DNA of 64,000 nt from an uncultured Acidobacteriota bacterium. GTDB lineage: Bacteria > Acidobacteriota > UBA6911 > RPQK01 > JAPXNP01. A program made the translations under genes and the position numbers. The DNA lies in NCBI GenBank assembly GCA_963777605.1, contig CAVZRV010000030.1:320001-384000 (forward strand). Direction: 5' to 3'. The notes beneath the pieces are model-generated. The model was given only the letters and a program-made list of their open reading frames with translations, did no database searches and was not told the origin of the DNA. Shown one piece after another: positions 61,631-64,000 of this stretch. Each line of letters opens with the position of its first letter. Position 1 is the stretch's first letter.

Positions 61631-61958
61631 GGGAGTCCTCCTTTCGGTAGAGTCTAGCCGGGTCTTGAGAAGGCATCTTAAGCGCTCGGCCATCAACCGG
61701 CAAGCTTCCTTTCCGATCAGCCGGCAACTGGGCCATGCGATCGACTGGCAGACTGGGCGGAATTTCCTCGAGATCCTGCCGGAGATCAATCCGGGTCTTA
61801 CCCAACAGCCGAAGGAGGATCCGGTCATCTTTGACGAGTCCCCGATAGAGATGGTTCCCAACGCCCAGAAACTGAGCAGCCCTTCTCTCCCGAAAACCCT
61901 CGGGAACGGCATCCTTGATCATGTCTGGAACCATCACCAATCGAAGTCTTCCCATCAT
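61620..61958 (-). CDS. Excisionase-like HTH protein
   Basis: AAQFLGVG...YRGLVK..RI....LGKTRI.LRQDLEE resembles HTH_17/Xis; 3' end overlaps the integrase start. Confidence 0.55.
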   Translation of the reverse strand: MMGRLRLVMVPDMIKDAVPEGFRERRAAQFLGVGNHLYRGLVKDDRILLRLLGKTRIDLRQDLEEIPPSLPVDRMAQLPADRKGSLPVDGRALKMPSQDPARLYRKEDSLGH

Positions 61959-62218
61959 GAGGTCAAACAAAGAGAGCAACATCCCCGACCACAGAACTCA
62001 ACCGGAGACCGTGGCTTCATGACCTGGCCCCTACCTAACAAGAGAGCTGGAAACCGGAAAACCTCAAAGAGCCGCGGTCCTCAATCGATGCCGAGAAGGA
62101 CGACTCCAACAGTACGGCCATCTCCGATACCCTCCCGCCAGCCTTGAAGTCTCTAGCCGATCACTTGCCGCAATTCGAGATCGAAGGGCTGATCGGCTAG
62201 GGCGGTATGGGGGGGTAC

Positions 62219-62932
62219 TGTCAACTTAACAGGCCATCGCAGACAATCGGAGAATGCCAACCGATCCCAGTTACTCCCGCCACCGGTCTTCACCTCAGAT
62301 CATCAGCTATACCAGCCCCAATTCTTGACCAGCAGGTTGGTGGCATCGGTCTGCCACTGCTCGTTCGGCGCCGTGGTCTTGATCGCGTATTCCGATCCGG
62401 CCGGAAACGTCTTCTGTTCGAGATCTGGAATCAGCGCTTCCGCCTTCAGGATCCGGTAAACGGACGACTCGGAGATCGTAAAGCCGCACTGGTCGGTGAT
62501 GTGGCAACTGACTTCGCGGGACGACCACTCCGGGTAGAGCAGAGCAATTTGCAGAACCTGATCCCGTTCGGCGGGCAGGATCCGGTTCCAGGCTCGCCGT
62601 CTGGACGAAGGCTGATCGTGCAGTCCTGCCCGGCCCCGTCGGCGGAAGTTCGTGCGCCAGCGGTAGTAGGTCGATCGAGGAATGCCCAGCTGCGCCAGGG
62701 TTCGATTAACGGGCACAGAAGCGGCCTCCACCGCCCGCAGGATTTCGAGTTTGATTTCGGCGGTCATCCGTTCGTATCTCCGCCGATTCAGAGGCCCAAA
62801 CTTTTTTTGAGCCGCTGGTTCTCGAGGACCATCTCGGCCACGGCCTGCTTGTGAACTTCGTGGTCTCCGTTATCCTGGGCGTTTCGATTGACATAGTCGT
62901 TCGCCATCATCGACCTCCAGTAAGAGTCGACA
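62219..62932 (-). mobile_element. Internally deleted IS3/IS481-type insertion sequence retaining both ends
   Basis: Ends TGTCAACTTAACAGG and TGTCGACTCTTACTGG; flanks gtac/gttc; orfA remnant LENQRLKKS with A7G slippery site; orfB stops after WQTD...WGWY. Confidence 0.75.
62303..62767 (-). pseudogene. Truncated DDE transposase (HTH plus first catalytic Asp only)
   Basis: LGIPRSTYYRW, AWNRI, SESSVYRILK, TTAPNEQWQTD, then a premature stop. Confidence 0.85.
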
Positions 62933-63084
62933 GTTCGTTTGTGTCGTCTCTTCTGACTCAACGCCGCGCCTTCACGCAGACGCTGCCGCACACCATCACT
63001 CGCCCGCCGACGTGCCGCTCGTTAACGCGTTGGCGGGAATGGTGAATGCTCCAGATGGCAGGGCAAGATCCGCCCAACCTGCAT

Positions 63085-63495
63085 TCAGGCTCTCGTGAAG
63101 ACGTTGCAACCCGCCAGAATGCCCGCCCAGAGCCTTTCCGGCTCGTCCTGGTCCGGAACGTTTTGGGCCAGGTGCCACAGCGTGTGGATCTTTTCGACGC
63201 CGCTGTCGACTGTGTGTTGTCCCGCCCAGGCCGTCAACGACCCGTAGGCCCCAAAATTCACCACAAATGCAATGAGATCGCCTGAGGCAAATCCGCGAAG
63301 TTCGAACTCCTCCGTCGGCGGGGGCAAACCCACATTCGTCTTGTACGTCCCTTCAACGAGGCCGCTAGTCAGAACTTGCAGGGTCATCTCCGACCCAAGG
63401 CCGTTCTTCCATTCCCCCGAGAAGTCGATCGACGGAATCGGTGCCGGTTTGGGCGTAAACCCGCTGATCAAGTTACGGAGTAAAGGTGTGTTCAT
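63085..63495 (-). CDS. Avidin/streptavidin family biotin-binding protein
   Basis: SGEWKNGLGSEM, GTYKTNVG, FVVNF, SLTAWAGQ, IHTLWHL, W....G.NVFTR; GGAGG RBS. Confidence 0.88.
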   Translation of the reverse strand: MNTPLLRNLISGFTPKPAPIPSIDFSGEWKNGLGSEMTLQVLTSGLVEGTYKTNVGLPPPTEEFELRGFASGDLIAFVVNFGAYGSLTAWAGQHTVDSGVEKIHTLWHLAQNVPDQDEPERLWAGILAGCNVFTRA

Positions 63496-63644
63496 CAGTT
63501 ACCTCCCAATCGGTTGAGCACGTTTGCAGGGGATCTATTCATCAAGCATCGAGCCCAATCGGACTTGAGCAAAATTGTCTTTGAGCCGCACTTCCTTGCC
63601 CAACTGCAGGCATCGGCGCCCTGCCATCTCATGAACTTGCTCGG

Positions 63645-63968
63645 CTATCGATCGCAACCACCTGTCTTTCGGTGGAGTCGGGCGGGATCTTGAACCGACT
63701 TCCGGCACAGCTCCAGGAGGCGATCCGCCAGACGGCCTGCCTGCTGTGCGGTTCGATCGATTTCCGTCAACGCCTCATGTTCCGGTCGCCCGGGACGCAG
63801 ATGGCTCTGGGCCAACTGGGAGCGGACCGCAATGATCGTCAGCATGTTCTTGAAGTCATGGACCACGTCGGCCGTCAGTAGACTGAGTGCCTCCAGTTGA
63901 GAGATGTCTGGGTGTCGAGGTGGGGCGGCTTCTGCTGGAGAAACGTTGGATCTCGATTGAATCGTCAT
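63645..63968 (-). CDS. HisKA dimerisation/phosphoacceptor domain only (truncated kinase or stand-alone)
   Basis: LEALSLLTADVVHDFKNMLTII...IDRTAQQAGRLADRLLELCRK; stop before any HATPase domain; 5' start uncertain. Confidence 0.65.
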   Translation of the reverse strand: MTIQSRSNVSPAEAAPPRHPDISQLEALSLLTADVVHDFKNMLTIIAVRSQLAQSHLRPGRPEHEALTEIDRTAQQAGRLADRLLELCRKSVQDPARLHRKTGGCDR

Positions 63969-64000
63969 GAGAAAGAGACGCCGCTCGGGAAGTCCCGCAG

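Larger units (their letters stand above)
60440..64000. mobile_element. Left part of a tRNA-Arg-integrated genomic island (continues past the window)
   Basis: Integrase ends 75 bp from the tRNA 3' end, followed by xis-like gene, IS remnant and accessory genes; second att copy not in the window. Confidence 0.75.

Noticed and set aside
62153-62200. 11-bp inverted repeat ctagccgatca/tgatcggctag as an IS end
   Set aside because: Lies outside the TGT terminus at 62219 and encloses only 26 bp; more likely a simple hairpin
60539-64000. Prophage
   Set aside because: No structural, packaging or replication genes in the visible part; only an island call is supported

Overview
GC-rich bacterial chromosome segment; gene content and repeat style suggest Acidobacteriota (inference). 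Most of it is housekeeping and metabolism: an IPMDH/ICDH-family dehydrogenase with a LeuCD/HacAB-type hydro-lyase facing an HMG-CoA-lyase-like, CoA-transferase III and Tat-TIM-barrel operon; a Na+/solute symporter divergent from hutUHI-hutG; a large secreted repeat protein; split pntAA-AB-B; M14, M3B, S46 and Lon peptidases; class II DAHP synthase; ispG; GldAFG-DUF4340 and AttEFGH-like ABC systems; aceEF. At the right end a tRNA-Arg(ACG) is followed by the left part of an integrative island carrying a tyrosine integrase, an excisionase-like gene, an internally deleted IS, an avidin/streptavidin-family gene and a HisKA-only ORF. At least eight single-base frameshifts in otherwise intact genes point to sequencing indels. 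Several real-looking remnants are also present (Gfo/Idh/MocA, heme-c chemoreceptor, GGDEF, IS). Intergenic DNA holds REP/REPIN-like elements, including a ~380-bp structured element present twice. All calls come from motif recognition by eye; no database searches were run.
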